This document shows positions 1 through 14,508 of a stretch of DNA of 64,000 nt, piece by piece. Made by a program: the position numbers and the translations under genes. The stretch lies in assembly GCF_001194135.2 (NCBI RefSeq), contig NC_068988.1, positions 14,638,226-14,702,225 on the forward strand. The letters are read 5' to 3'. The notes below the pieces were generated by a model. That model was not told where the DNA came from. It did not search any database and saw only the letters and a list, made by a program, of their open reading frames with translations. Positions within the stretch are counted from its first letter, which is position 1. Each line of letters begins with the position of its first letter. This DNA is from Octopus bimaculoides (lineage: Eukaryota).

Positions 1-529
1 TATATATATATATATATGTTTGTATGTGTGTGTATGTGTATGGGTATATGTACATACATATACCTATCTATCAATCTATATACATATGCACAAGAAACAC
101 ACACACAGAATGCGTGCACACACACACACACACGTGCTTCTGTATGTGCATATGTTTGTCTGCATGTGAGTGTATATATATATATATATGTGTACACATG
201 TGTGCATGATTATATGTGTATGCATACATAATGCATATATATTTATATATGTATATGCATACCTATGTGTTGGAGTATACAAATATACGTGTGTGTATGC
301 ATATGTGTATATGTATACACATGTCTATCAATCTATATACATACACACAACACGCACATGTAGCGTATATATTTGTGTGTGTGTGTATATATATACACAT
401 GTATATGTGTGTGTGTGCAAATGTGTATGCCTACATATATGCGTACATGTGTATAAGTATACATATGTGTGTGCATGTATATATGTTTACATATATATCT
501 ATCAACCTATACACATACAACACACACAC

Positions 530-560
<31 letters not shown>

Positions 561-590
561 TACATACATACACACACTCTATACACGGTG
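1..590. repeat. Compound (TA)n/(CA)n/(TG)n microsatellite region
   Basis: Dinucleotide repeats; explains the overlapping HT/CV/YI ORFs. Confidence 0.95.
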
Positions 591-2073
591 GTAATTGATT
601 TTTCCTCCCTGTTAATAGACCAAACTTCAAATTAGCCACTGGGGTGTCTTTCTCAAGCTGAGTTACAGCAGGAAAATTATTGGTTTCTACTGTTATTGCT
701 TCTTTGACAAACAGATCGATGCACCATAAAATTAAACGCTAATCACTAAAAACGCATGTAATCAACAGAAAAGCAACTTCAGAATTCTGAAGCAAACCAT
801 AAATACCTGTGTCATTCATAATAAAATAAAAGTATAATAAAATTTTTTTAAATGAATGCAGAAGAAATTTAATATAATATATTCACTATATTTCGTAAAC
901 AATTCATATTTGTGGATTTTGTTAGGTTTTTGAGGTTTTCACTTTTAATAAAGATATATTTTGAGGTTGAATTTTTTTTCTTCAATCATTTATTATTATT
1001 ATTGTTTGTTGTTATTGTTGTTGTTGCTGTTGTTATTATCATCATTATCGTTATTAAAAGAAACCTTTGGCTTTTCATATTATTGCATTTTATAACGTTT
1101 TCCATTTAAAACAATATCTATTAATGTGAATTTTCCATAATTTAGATTTGTACTACACACACACACACACACACACATCCGTATATATATTCACACTTAT
1201 ACATACAAACATGCACACATGTGCACTCACACACACAGAGGCACAGACACATATATATTTATATATACATACATGTGTGTATATACATACATACATGTAT
1301 GTGTGTGTGTGTGTGTGTGTCTGTGTGTGTATGAGTTTTAGGTTAGTTAAAATATATTTGAAACGTATTCTAACTTCTAAAGGTAAAATCACTGCAGTTA
1401 CTTTGGAGAAAAACATTTTCACTTATGGTAAGAGGTGTGAAAATATCATATCTGCTAAGTGCTTCTTTCTAGCAGATTCTCATTTCTAGCTCTTTAGCCT
1501 TCCTCAATGGAAAATACCAAAGAGAGATAACTCTGGGTAGATTCAAAGCTGTAGCTTTAACTAAAAAACAAGTCAACATCAATGACTAAGTTGCTCTAGT
1601 GGACCACCTGGACAGAATCAAAATAGTAGCATCATTGCCAAGCAGCAATTATAAATAAACAAACTATAGGTTAGTTAAGTTAAAATACATCACAAACATA
1701 TTTTAACTAACCTAAAGTTCATTAACTCCAAATCACTGCTCGGTACTGATGCTGCTCTATCTATCTATCTATCTATCTATCTATGTATTATCTCTTATGT
1801 CCCTGCCATAAGGCTTCACTTTCACACACGCCAGCTTAAATTAATTCGTCCTTAGTCGAAAGACACCTGTTGTTAATGTCCTGTTATTTGCATTTGTATT
1901 TGTGTACCATTTCTCCATTCGCTGCTTTCTTCCAAGGAATCTAATGCTCTTAGCTCAGTTTTTCCTTGGGGCTGGCCAGATTGGAACAATCTCGAGTATA
2001 ACCAGCTGAAATTGCAAAGATAATCTGGAACTCAACTGAGTAAAAAAAACTTCAAATGACCCATCCATGTTTT

Positions 2074-2121
<48 letters not shown>

Positions 2122-2480
2122 GGTGAGCACATAAGTGCAAAACNNNNNNNNNNNNNNNNNNNNNNNNNNNNNNNNNNNNNNNNNNNNNNNNNNNNNNNNN
2201 NNNNNNNNNNNNNNNNNNNNNNNNNNNNNNNNNNNACTAGGTGCAATCAATGGGAGCGGTTAAAAGTGGAGGTTTTACCCAAAATTTGTGTAACAATTAG
2301 AAAATGGAGGATAATATGCTGAACCCAACTACTTGCAGACGGTGTATCCCGTTGAATTCATTAATTTAATTCATAGCAAAAGTGACAGAAAAAGAAAGAA
2401 AAGAAAAAGAAAGAAAGAACCAAAGCACAGGTGTCTATGGCAGACTATATTATTTTGCCAACATGGTTTGCATATAGAAG

Positions 2481-2522
<42 letters not shown>

Positions 2523-2889
2523 GGTGAGCACATAAGTGCAAAACAAGGTGGAAAAGATAGTAGTTGAATACGAAAGGTAGAGTAATATGCTGTTATTAAA
2601 ACTGCAATATTATCACAAGACTGTTACACAATTTCACATTCACATTCGTCAGACAGTTTTGATGATATATAGTGTGTGAAGATGCATGTGGTTAGAATGT
2701 TGACTTCACAATCATTACATGAAGGGTTCAGTTCTTGAATAGGCTGCTGTATTGCATGTTTCAGCATGGCACTTCATTTCTCATTGCTCCAGTCCACTCA
2801 GCAGAAATATAATGCCAGTAACAGCTGGGGAGTAGTTTAAACTTGTAACTAACTGATACCTTGTTCAAAGATGAGGTGAAGATGCTTGT

Positions 2890-5406
2890 ACTCTGAGTTG
2901 TAAAAATTCCACAGAAACTTCAATATATTTTACTACGAGTTCACTCTAGCTACTATACTTTCAGAGCAGACCATTTCCTTTACTGATTTCATCCCCTAGG
3001 TGACAAAAACTATCAACTACTTCTTGTGAGTCATCTGGGCATTTAGGGACTGTTTCCAGTGTACTCTTATGAACTGTGCATTTACTGCATATGAAGCTTA
3101 CATTTTCTGATAGTCTGCCAGTGATTCCAGATCTTTAGTGTGTCCATAGCTTATACGGAGTACAGCATATGGAGTTTATACTTACTCCTTTCATGCATAT
3201 TGATCAAGGCATTTTCCTGAAGCTACGAAGGTCCTGTCTCTGTTCATGCTAACTAAAACCTTTATCGTTACTAGGTTTACGTTTAAGGCCTCTCAATTCC
3301 AGGTTATGCTTCTGTGCCTGGGAACTTCTCTAATTCCCATATGAATTCAGCTATAAAAACTAGATCATCAGCATAAAGGACTTTCCTATGGATTGTTAGT
3401 CTTAAACTCCTCTCTGATGACTTGTAGGACTAGGATGAATAGGAAAGGATGGAAGAATTAACCTTGATGGACTCCTAACTTCATACTAGTTATTGCCAAC
3501 TCTCGTTTTACTTGCTGCATCCTTCTGCATAACTCCCTGCACAAGCCATTCATCGACCCCTAATTTCCTCAGTGCCCACCAGATTATTGAATGTGGTACT
3601 CTGTCAAATGCTTTCTCAAAATGAACAAAAGCCAGGTATAAAGGTTTATTTTTAACCAGGTATTTCTCCTGTAGTTACCTCATGAAGATTGAATCTGTGG
3701 TGTCTCTTTCAGGTTCAAAACCAAACTGCATCTCATCCAAGTCTATTCTATCACAGATCAACTGGGATATAACTTCCTCCATAACTTGATCAAGAAGTTT
3801 GATTCCCAATAGATGCTCTTCTCTAAGGCATCACTTTTGCCCTTGTAGCATTTTACAATGATACTGCTATGCCAGTCATTAGCTAATGACATCTTCCTCA
3901 ATGACTTGATTAACTTTCCAGCTGGTAATCTTGCACACCAGTTCACCAGATATTTTAAGCATCTCTGCAACTATCCTTGACAGACACACAGCTTTCACTC
4001 CTCTTTATATCCTTAATCACTTTATCTACCACATTGCTGTCAACCTGGATTGCTTGCCCCTCTCTTGGATCAGTTAGAGATAATCCGTGCTTATCTCATG
4101 CATTCTCCACATTCAGCAACCTTTCATAATAGCACTCCTATGCCAGTTTCTTTTGTTGCATATTGATGGTGAGTTTTCCCTCATCATTATAACATCTTGG
4201 TTCTCTCTCATACATTGTCTTATAATCCTGAACACCTTACACCTCAGATCTTCATGTTGCAGCACATGTAAATCTCTTCTTTCTGCCTCACTTTGAACCA
4301 AGTATACCTGACACTTAAATACCCTTCTAATCCTTAAGTAGTGCTCCTTACTACCACCATCTTTCCAGTCTTTCCAAGTCTGTCTCTTAGCCTTTACTAC
4401 CTTATCACCCTCATTCTACCACCATCGGACTTTGCTCCAGCCTCAAGTCAGATCTGTGGTCCTAAACAGGTTATCACAAAATTCCCAGATGCTGTATGTT
4501 CAACAAGTATTTAAATCTTTTTCCATGCAGTTATGTGTGTCATTTACAATTTCTCTAAACCTATTCTCAATTGCTGTTTCCTTCCTTCTCCATGTTGTTT
4601 TTCTTTCCTGCAATCCACCAAATTCCGACACAGAAATCACTAGCCACTAATTTGTGTTGCATATTACATTCTTTGCCAGAAATGGTTTTGATATTCACAA
4701 TAACCACTTCTGTCCTGTTTCCTGCTGAGAATGTAAACAATCTAACGGGTGCTCACTAGATTCATAGGTGATGAACTGGTTGGACAGTTTCTAAAAGAGT
4801 GTGTTGCAAATTGTTAGATCAGTTGTATCACAAAACTCCAGAAGACTTACATCTGCCTCATTTCTCAATCCATAACCATAGCTTCCATGTACACTGCAAA
4901 AGCCAACAACATGTTCGCTGAAGTCACTAGCTACAATAAAGAGGTTGCTGTCACTCACCACAGAAGCAGTCTGCAAAAGTGCCCCACAGTAGCAATCCTT
5001 GCTCTTCTGTCAGTCCCACCTGTGGGGAATATACCAAGAGAAATGTTGCTGTAGTGTGTTGCCTATAGTCTTAATTATCCTATCACACAAACTCTGACTA
5101 CTTCAATTAATTTACCAATCCAGGTCTCCATTAACAGTACATTTACCCTAGCTCTACCGTCACTATAGCTCATCCAGAAGAGTTTGAACTGCTATTCTAA
5201 CACCAACCACTTTACAGATGGTGCTGGATGCTTTTACATGGTACAGGCACCACATAAAAGCACCTAGCATACTCTTTAAAATGGCTGGTGTTAAGAAGGG
5301 CACCCAGCTGTAGAAACTATGCCAAATCAGACTGTAGTCTGGTGCTGCTTCCCAGCTCTGGCCAAACCATCCAACCCATGCCAGCATGGACAACAGATAT
5401 TAAATG

Positions 5407-5438
<32 letters not shown>

Positions 5439-5700
5439 CTGCTACATGTGAGGAGTTTATTTGAACATCCCTTCCATCTTACTTCTTGCACACAACACAC
5501 ATCCACTCACCTCTGCAATCTCATTATAGACCTACCGTTCATTGCACCTCTGTTTAAAGTTATTGCTTTAATGTTTTGGAACCTACAGAAGAAAAGGGCC
5601 AGTCTTCTGTTATAAGGCTGCCTGATTCTTTGTTGATCACAGTTTGGTTGCATCTGTACCTGTGAGGAATAAGAGAAGTTTGGCCATACTTGGCCAACAG
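2890..5700 (-). mobile_element. Decayed RTE-type LINE (endonuclease plus RT), interrupted by a SINE at about 5215-5445
   Basis: Minus-strand remnants: VDVCCVQEVRWKG (about 5480), HGSYGYGLRNE…LLEFCD…ICNT (4800-4950), GVHQG (about 3470), LYADDL (3361-3378); many stops and frameshifts. Confidence 0.88.
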
Positions 5701-6673
5701 ATGGTAGACTGACATTCATGAATAATTTCCCCTTTCATTAAAATTATCATCATTCACTCATTTATTCCCCAACATTTATACATGCTACATCAGACACTCA
5801 TCCAAAATGTTTTTATCAATAAATAAAATCAGAAAACAAAAGTAAAATAAATAGCTAGGATAGGCTTCCATGTGCCCAAATGCAATGAATATTAGTACTT
5901 TTTCTATTGACCCCAAAAAGGACGAAAATCAAAGACGACCTCTGCAGGATTTCAACTCAGAACACAGTAAGTCAGAACAAATATCACAAGGCTCTAATTT
6001 TCAGCCATAATTAATTATAGAGCACCAATCAAAATACCTCAACTTATTCCACCCATATTACTGTAGATGCTTTACTTTCACTGCCTTAAGGAATCACACA
6101 CCTTTCATATGATTCATAGAGGTTACTTGCTGTCAGAATCCTTCTTGCTAACATAAATACATGATCTTTTGTAATGCTTTCAACACTGCTTCAAATGCTA
6201 CCACTAACTCAGCCTCCACATGAATTATGTTATCAGGATAACAAAACTCATTTGCTATTTCTGTTGAACCCTTTAAGAGAGAAGCAAAGAATAGGAAGCT
6301 TACCAATGTTTTATACAAAGAGGATCATTAGAAATTAATCGAAAATGTAAGACTTGGCTGTGTGGTTAAGAAGTTCCACTTGTGATACCTTCAGCAAGTG
6401 TCTTGTACTCACCTCCACATGACAAAATTTCATGGACACCTAGGGTATGGCTATCTCATCAGATGCTAGAAGCTTCAATTGTCTGATGAGATGACCATAC
6501 AATATATATATATATATTTCTCTGCTTGTTTCTCTCCTTGTTTCTTTCTGTGGAAGAGCATAGGCTCGAAAGGTTAAAAACTTTTTCAATTCCCGAGCAT
6601 TATACTAATACATTTGCTTGTTTTCTACACCACCTGTCTTCGTCTTTAGTTTTTTTGTGAAGTCTCCCCATAC

Positions 6674-6716
<43 letters not shown>

Positions 6717-6719
6717 TAC

Positions 6720-6960
6720 AGGTGTGGCTGTGTAGTAAGAAGTTTGCTTCCCAACTACATGGTTCCAGGTTCAGTCCCACTGTGTGGCACCTTGGATAAG
6801 TGTCTTCTACTATAGCCTGAGGCAGACCAAAGCCATGTGAGTGGAAAATGAAAGAAGCCAATCATGTGTGTATGTGTCTACATCAGTGCCCAACCACTGC
6901 TTGACAACTGGTGTTGGTTTCTTTATGTCTCCATAACTTAGCAGTTCAACAAAAGAGACC
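6720..6960 (+). mobile_element. tRNA-derived SINE family B (further copies at about 15905-16235 +, 17700-18080 +, 35160-35680 +, 40705-41255 -, 48430-48600 -, 53945-54310 +, 54420-54560 -, 57005-57235 -)
   Basis: ggtgtggctgtg.ggtaagaag…ggttcagtcccact…ggcaccttgggcaagtgtctt…gtggatttggtag…; internal (GT)n; 3' end gactgaaacaagtaaaaga. Confidence 0.85.
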
Positions 6961-8399
6961 AGACTAGCTTCCTGCAGCTTCTGTCAACCAAATTTATCCA
7001 CAGAGCATTAGCTGGCCCAGGACCATAACACAAGACACCAAAGTTCAGTGCAGTGTGATTGATCATGAAAATACATGACTATCAAGTAAACTTATTAACC
7101 TCTCAGCTATGTGTGTGTGTGTGTGTGTGAATATTTACATTCTGTGTTTCACATGAAGGCACTGAATTAAAAATCATGGATATTAGTTGGTATTCCTTGA
7201 CACAAAAAAATATTCGTTTGCTTGCTGTGTTTTCAAAGATGAGCAGAATAATAAAAAAAAAATAAAGATAACTTACTTTAAAAAAAAGGTAAAATCAAAC
7301 AGCAGGAAAGGCACCCAGCTGGAAAACAACACATTCTTTCAAACCATGCTATCATGGAAAACCAGGTGTAAAAATGAACAAATGAAGTACACTCTGCTAT
7401 GAACTTTTGTAAATTAGATTGTTCTACGAATAAATTTTGATTTTTAAATGTATTCCAATATAATGATTTCTGTAAGATGTTTTAAGGTTTTGATTTATAA
7501 GAGACAATGATGGAATGTTATGGGTGTTCTAGAGCATAGCATTAAGCCAAGGAATACATGTCACATTATATCATTTGTCAGGCCCTTATTAAGTCAATAC
7601 CTCACAGCATGTGAGAAATCAATATATTATAAATCATAATTTATAAGTGAACAAGCTAAAGTCATATAACTGCAATAAATCTGTGAAACAGATCAATAAC
7701 AAAACAGGAAGAGAACAATTTCGTACTTGATTGAACTGGAATATTGTGTTCTTCAAACCAAATTCAAGGGAAGTAATTCTTCATATCATCTGTGTTTCAT
7801 TGAAACCAAAAACAATTGCAATTGTTTCTTAATAATCAATCAATCAAAAGAAGAGTTTGATACAAAATTTCTTAAGAAAATAACACAACCAAAATAAAAT
7901 AAATGATGCCAGAAATTTATTTTTTTTATCAAAAAATACACTCCTTTGAAAATTTGGAAAAAAAAATGAAAATTAAAAAAAACAATTGTATTTGTGACAT
8001 AAAACTTGAAATGGGGGGAGAGTGGAGCGGAGGGAAAAAAAAATCAAAAAAAATCGATGATTGTTTGATAAATTTGTAATGTTATGTCAGAGTTCCACAT
8101 ATTGAACACTTTAATAATTTGAGGTTTCCTTTCAGTATGTCTGGTAATCAGCTGAGATTTATGACCGATCCAGAATTAAACCTTTATCACATTAGCATAA
8201 CAAGAATGGTATTCATAACCCTCCTTCCCCCCTCACACAAACACACACACATACATACAAATCCGCTATCACTAATGAATAAAACTCTTCCTCTCTCTCT
8301 CTTTTGCTAATATTTTCAAATGTTTGTAATACAATAACACCATCCTTTTTAAACACCCACCCCTTTTCTTAATGGTCCTCTTTAATATTATATAATAAT

Positions 8400-10850
8400 G
8401 AGAATTGTGTCTTGCATTGGCCCAAAGCCTGCAAATTTCAAAAGAGAAGGAATATAAAGTTGATTGAGTCTACCCACAAACGGTTCTATTTTATTTAATT
8501 TTATTGGCTTCAGAGAGACGAAAGGGAAAGTTGATATCCCTTACTCTCACCAGAGGGACTTGAAATCAAACAGTAAAGGGATAAAACTATTCCATAGGAT
8601 CTAAGTCTGTTGCAATATCATTACTGTCACAAGCCTATAATGATAATAATTATAATAAGGATTTACAATTTTGGCACAAGGCCAGAAATTTCAGGGGAGG
8701 GGTTAAGTTGATAACACTGACCCCAGTGGTCAACTGGTATTTATTTTATCAACCCTGAAAGGATGAAAGGCAAAGTTAACCTCAGTGGAATTTGAACTCA
8801 GACTATTAAGATGGACAAAATGCCAATAAGCATTTTGCCATTGTGCTAATGGTTCTGCCAGCTCATCGCCTTAATAATAATAATAATAATAATAACACAA
8901 GCCACAAGATAAAATTCCTGCTAATTAAATTAGCAAGTATTGGCATAATAATAATGTTTTCAAATTGTGGCACAAAGCCAGCAATTTTAAGGGGAGGAGT
9001 TGATGTTATCGACCCTTGTACTTCACTGGAACTTTATTTCATCATCCCTAAAAGAATGAAAGGCAAAGTTGACCTCAGCAGGATTTGAACTCAGGATGTA
9101 TAGAACTGGAAGAAACACCACAAAGGCATTTTGTTTTTTTTATAACACCCGAATGGCTTTGCCACTCCATCATCCTATCCAAAACAATAATAATAATGTT
9201 TCTAATTTAAGCTCAAGGCCAGTAGTTTTGAGGTGAGGAGAGGGGATTTAGTCAATGCCCTCAACCCCTGTACTGTATTCAACGTAACAACTCTGGAAGG
9301 GCCTAAGGCAAAGTTGACCTTGAAATCAGAATGTAAAATGCTTTAACTAAATACCATAGGGTTGGATGCTCTAATGATTCTGCCAATCCATCGCCCTAAA
9401 TAATAATTTCTTACTTAAGCACCAGAAATTTCAGGGAGATGAGTTAGTCGATGTCAAAGTTAACCTCAATGAGGTTTGAACTCACAATGTAAACAACCAG
9501 AACAAAGTACCAACAAGTTAACTGGCTAATCGCAACACCAGTGCTTGTTCTGACACTATCAGTCTATATATCACTGGCAGTGGAATGAATCACTGATGTC
9601 TCTAATGGTCGAGTGTCCATCATTGACAAGACCAAACAAGGTTGAAATCACATGATCTGATGGTCTCAGGTATTTATCTCCCTGCTAGCAATATAAACAA
9701 GCGTGCATTTTGCACCAAAAAGCCAATATGAGAGTTTCTCGCATGGTAACCACCGCAGAAAAGCTTGTTCTCAAACGTCCACATTTAAAGTTCAAAGTTC
9801 TGACAAATTTGCCCTTAATAACAATTATTTCTGATTTAGGCACAAGGCTGGCAAATTTAAGGGAAGAGAATCTGTCAATATCATCTACTCTGGTATTTGT
9901 GGTACTTTATTTTATTCACCCTGGAGGGATGAAAAGCAAAGCTGACTTTGGCAGGATTTGAAATACTGCAAAGCATTTTGTCCAACCCTCTAACAATAAT
10001 GGTAATAATTTCTAATTTTGGCACAAAGCCAGCAATTTTAGAAGGAAGGTGTTAATTGACTGTGTCAACCCCAATGCCCAACTAGTACTTTATATATCGA
10101 ACCCAAAAGCACAAAAGACAGTGTTGACATCAGTGGAATTTGAACTTAGAACATAAAGGGCAGGAAGAAATGCTGCCAAGCATTTTGTCTGACGAAGTAC
10201 TGAGTCTGCCAGTTGGCCACCTTGATAATAACAATAATTATAATAATAAATAGGACTTCTAACTTCAGGGCACCAGGCATTTAAAAAAAAAAAAGAGTAA
10301 ATTCAATTTAATTAGCCCCCAACCATTGCTGAGCAGGACTTGGATTTATTAGAGGTAAAGTCAACCATGGTGAGATTTGAACTCAGATTGTAAAGAGCTG
10401 GATATGAGATACTGCAAGGCATTTTGTCTGTTATAATAATCCTTTCTACTCCAGGCACAAGGCCTGAAATCTGGTGGGGAAGGGGTCTAGTTGATTACAT
10501 TGACCTCAGTACTTGACTGGTACTTATTTCATCGGCTCTGTAAGGCTAAGTTGACCTCAGAATCTAGAAATAAGTGAAATGCTGCTAAGGATTTTGTCCA
10601 TCATGCTAACAGTTCTATCTGCCCATCACCTCATATTATAATAATAACAACAACAACGACAACAATAATAATAATCCTTTCTACTAAAGGCACAAGGCCT
10701 AAAATTTGAGGAGGGGACTAGTCGAAAGGATGAAAAGCAAAGTCGACCTCAGTGGAATTTGAACTCAGAACATAGCGATGGGCGAAATATTGCTATGCAA
10801 ATTGCCTGGCATGCTAATGATTTTGCCAGCTCATCACCTTAAATAATATC

Positions 10851-10883
<33 letters not shown>

Positions 10884-10980
10884 TAAGGTGGCAAGTTGGC
10901 AGAATCATTAACATGCCAGGCAAAATGCTTAGTAGCATTTTGCCAGTCACTATGTTCTGAGTTCAAACCTCAAATAATAA
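8400..10980 (-). mobile_element. Cluster of about 10 tRNA-derived SINE family A copies separated by (AAT)n
   Basis: Repeated cctttctact…ggcacaagg…ggatgaaaggcaaagt.gacct…gaatttgaactcag; the last copy (about 10865-10980) is inverted. Confidence 0.85.
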
Positions 10981-12598
10981 TAATAATAATAATTAGCTCT
11001 AACAGGTAGCAGGAAGAGAGAGACAACTCTGTATTCAATTCTACTTCAACTTGCTTTCTACTTCATTTTGTGAAACGATGGGAAAAAAAAAACACTGAAG
11101 TAGAAAAAGCTACTTTCTCCATAATCTTCAACCATCAAAGCAACAAATACAGCCATCTATGTTCCTAACATATCTTAGAGAAAAAGAAAAACATATCATT
11201 CCACCTGATAATACAAGTTATTAGGAAACAGCTGACTTCAAAAGTTTCTAGTCCTCTTGTTCCCATCTTAACATTTTTCACACAGACTCAGAAAAGAAAA
11301 CAAAATAGACACAAAATCTGTTTGTATAAAATGATTCTTTTTCTTCCGTTTTATCGCATTTTTTGTTTTTTCATTTTTTTTTTTTTTTTGCCCCTATGAT
11401 AATGATATTTGAAGAAGTGTTTAAAGCTTGAGAAAAAAAATATTAACAGAATATTACTTGAAAGGATAAATTTGAGATTAAATTGACTTAGTTTCAGAAG
11501 TAAATCTTAAATCAAGTCAATGTTTGTTGGTTCTTTTGTCTTCGTTTTGTTTTTGTTTTGTTTTTTTTAGATATTAGACATGGAATAAAATAATGAAAAT
11601 AAAAAATGTTTTCAAGAATTGGAAATACACTAGTGTTTCCTGATTATTACAACATTTAAATAGCCTCTTGTTTTCTCACAAGAGTATGAACCAGTGAAAA
11701 ATAAAGAACCTTAATCAAGGTAAAAATAGGCATTAATCTGGTTGTTATTACAATGAAATTAATTTAATCCAATCCAAATGATAAAGCACCTAATGATTCG
11801 TGGAAAACAAAACAAAAAGGAAATAGCATTTCTGTGAAAAAATAAAATGGTTAAGTTGTGACTTAGCTGCCATAAAAACCTATGATAGATTTATCTAGAG
11901 AACTCAATGATATCATCCTCATCATGAGAGAGAAAATAATATATTAACAATTATAATATAGTTAATGAAAGTAGAAGTCACAACCATGAGAACAACACAA
12001 TTCTTAACCTTTTCACTCGTGTGTAAAGTTCGGAAAAGGATGTTTCTAATTGAACCAGAAGAAAGAACATCAGATCAATTATTTCATTGTATATATTTAA
12101 TTACAAGCATTTTAGAAAGGATGATTAAGAAATATATAAAACAATCTTTAAAAATCCATTTGTTTTTGTTTTTTTCTTTATTATTTTAATAGTTGAACAT
12201 TTTTGTTAACAACCCATTCCAGATTGCCCCTGGTTCTATGGTACAAGTGTTTGGTCTTTAAGTGATCTAAATTAAAAACCATCCACCCAAAATTTCATGC
12301 TGATTTGTGTTCCAAACACCAGCATAATTATTAATAGCAAAGTTAATTTATTAAATTCTTCATTATTTCCAAAATCAATTAAGACAAAAGGCTTATATTT
12401 CAATAGAAATATGGTAATGAAAAGGTTAATCTCTTGGAAGAATATTAATTTTTTAAAAAAATCTAAATTATGTACTTTTTAAATAAGATAACAATTCTAG
12501 TTATTAAAAATATAAGTAAACTATGTTAAACATAGCTATCTCATCAGATCTTTGCCAGATAACTGTCATTTCAAAAGTATTACCAAACATGATAAAGT

Positions 12599-12636
<38 letters not shown>

Positions 12637-12997
12637 GCAGTGAATGAAAAAGAGGTAGACAAGCAAAATAAAGAGCAGAGATTTTTTTTTTTTTTTGGTC
12701 TGTTATGAAAAGCAAAATGGAAAAATCAGAAGGGCAAAGTGAATGAGGAAAAGCAACTTAGCAAGCGTCATTGTAGTCCATTGATGGTCCCCATTTAAAC
12801 ATTTTATTTAATCTCTCACATCCTTTATAACTCTGATTTCAATAAGAGTTTTACTGATATCTACCAACAGTAATTAGAGAGTGAATGACTAGTTCTCCAA
12901 TACAGTTGAAGTAATGAAAGAAACATATATAAGACCCTTTCAAAGGAAATTGTTTTTCAATAAACTATTTGTTATTATTATCTTTATATAATAAACA

Positions 12998-13132
12998 CAG
13001 TAGTATAGTAAGGGAGGCATTTTTGGATCTGCAATATAAGCCTGTATAAGCTGTATTGGCCCCAGTGGGGGGGGGGGGGGTCAACAAACCCAAGGGTTGC
13101 CCTGGGCAGCACATATTACAGCTATGCTACTG
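12998..13132. mobile_element. Small hAT-like MITE
   Basis: TIRs CAGTAGTATAG / CTATGCTACTG; 8-bp flanks AATAAACA and AATAATCA match at 7 of 8 positions. Confidence 0.6.
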
Positions 13133-13399
13133 AATAATCATTACCATTATTTAAATGTAACTTCACAAGAACCCAGTTTTACACTTAAAGTTATTATCTC
13201 TTCATAGACAGGAAAAAAAAACATTATATTTATAAATAAATGAGGAGAGGCAATTTCTTGTTTCTGATTTCTTTTTTTTTCAACAAAATATAAAATAACA
13301 AAAAGAAGAGGGAACTTTGCAGAGTTAGATCATAGGACTTTTGTTCTGTCCATGATCCTAACAATCAAAGGATCTGCATCCAATGAATTCTTTATTTAT

Positions 13400-13426
13400 T
13401 TAAATTCTAAATATGTNNNNNNNNNN

Positions 13427-13466
<40 letters not shown>

Positions 13467-14284
13467 TGCATATACATATGTATACATACATACATATACA
13501 TACATTTATATATATATACATACATACATACATACATACATATAGATGCATACATATATATATACATACATATATATGCGTATATACATACATACACATA
13601 CATACATATAGATGCATACATATATATATATATATACATACATATATATGCGTATATACACACATACACATACATACATATATATGCGTATATACATACA
13701 TACACATACATACATATACATACATTTATATATATATATATATATANNNNNNNNNNNNNNNNNNNNNNNNNNNNNNNNNNNNNNNNNNNNNNNNNNNNNN
13801 NNNNNNNNNNNNNNNNNNNNNNNNNNNNNNNNNNNNNNNNNNNNNNNNNNNNNNNNNNNNNNNNNNNNNNNNNNNNNNNNNNNNNNNNNNNNNNNNNNNN
13901 NNNNNNNNNNNNNNNNNNNNNNNNNNNNNNNNNNNNNNNNNNNNNNNNNNNNNNNNNNNNNNNNNNNNNNNNNNNNNNNNNNNNNNNNNNNNNNNNNNNN
14001 NNNNNNNNNNNNNNNNNNNNNNNNNNNNNNNNNNNNNNNNNNNNNNNNNNNNNNNNNNNNNNNNNNNNNNNNNNNNNNNNNNNNNNNNNNNNNNNNNNNN
14101 NNNNNNNNNNNNNNNNNNNNNNNNNNNNNNNNNNNNNNNNNNNNNNNNNNNNNNNNNNNNNNNNNNNNNNNNNNNNNNNNNNNNNNNNNNNNNNNNNNNN
14201 NNNNNNNNNNNNNNNNNNNNNNNNNNNNNNNNNNNNNNNNNNNNNNNNNNNNNNNNNNNNNNNNNNNNNNNNNNNNNNNNNNNN

Positions 14285-14382
<98 letters not shown>

Positions 14383-14410
14383 CATACATATACACACACA
14401 CACATACATG
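13400..14410. repeat. (TA)n/(TACA)n/(TG)n microsatellites around N-gaps
   Basis: Seen directly; N run at about 13747-14284. Confidence 0.95.
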
Positions 14411-14460
14411 GGCTGAACTCCATATTGTCCACCTCACACATCAGATTCACACAGCTTGTC

Positions 14461-14508
14461 AAACAAACTGTCTTCCTCCAGAAATGTATAAATAATCGTT
14501 TATTTATT
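14461..14508 (-). terminator. Candidate polyadenylation signal: overlapping AATAAA hexamers with a downstream GU/U-rich element
   Basis: Plus-strand tttatttatt at 14499-14508 reads AATAAATAAA on minus; plus aaacaaac at 14461-14468 reads GTTTGTTT about 30 nt downstream. Confidence 0.5.

Noticed and set aside
16-635. Overlapping ORFs rich in HT/CV/YI
   Set aside because: Translations of dinucleotide microsatellites. The same applies to the ORFs at 13352-14577, 40771-41341 and 62159-62897, which also run through N-gaps.
2075-2545. Same (TA)n(CA)n-CAGGTGAGCACATAAGTGCAAAAC block on both sides of an N-gap
   Set aside because: Duplication at a gap edge is most simply a scaffolding artefact or a common repeat end.
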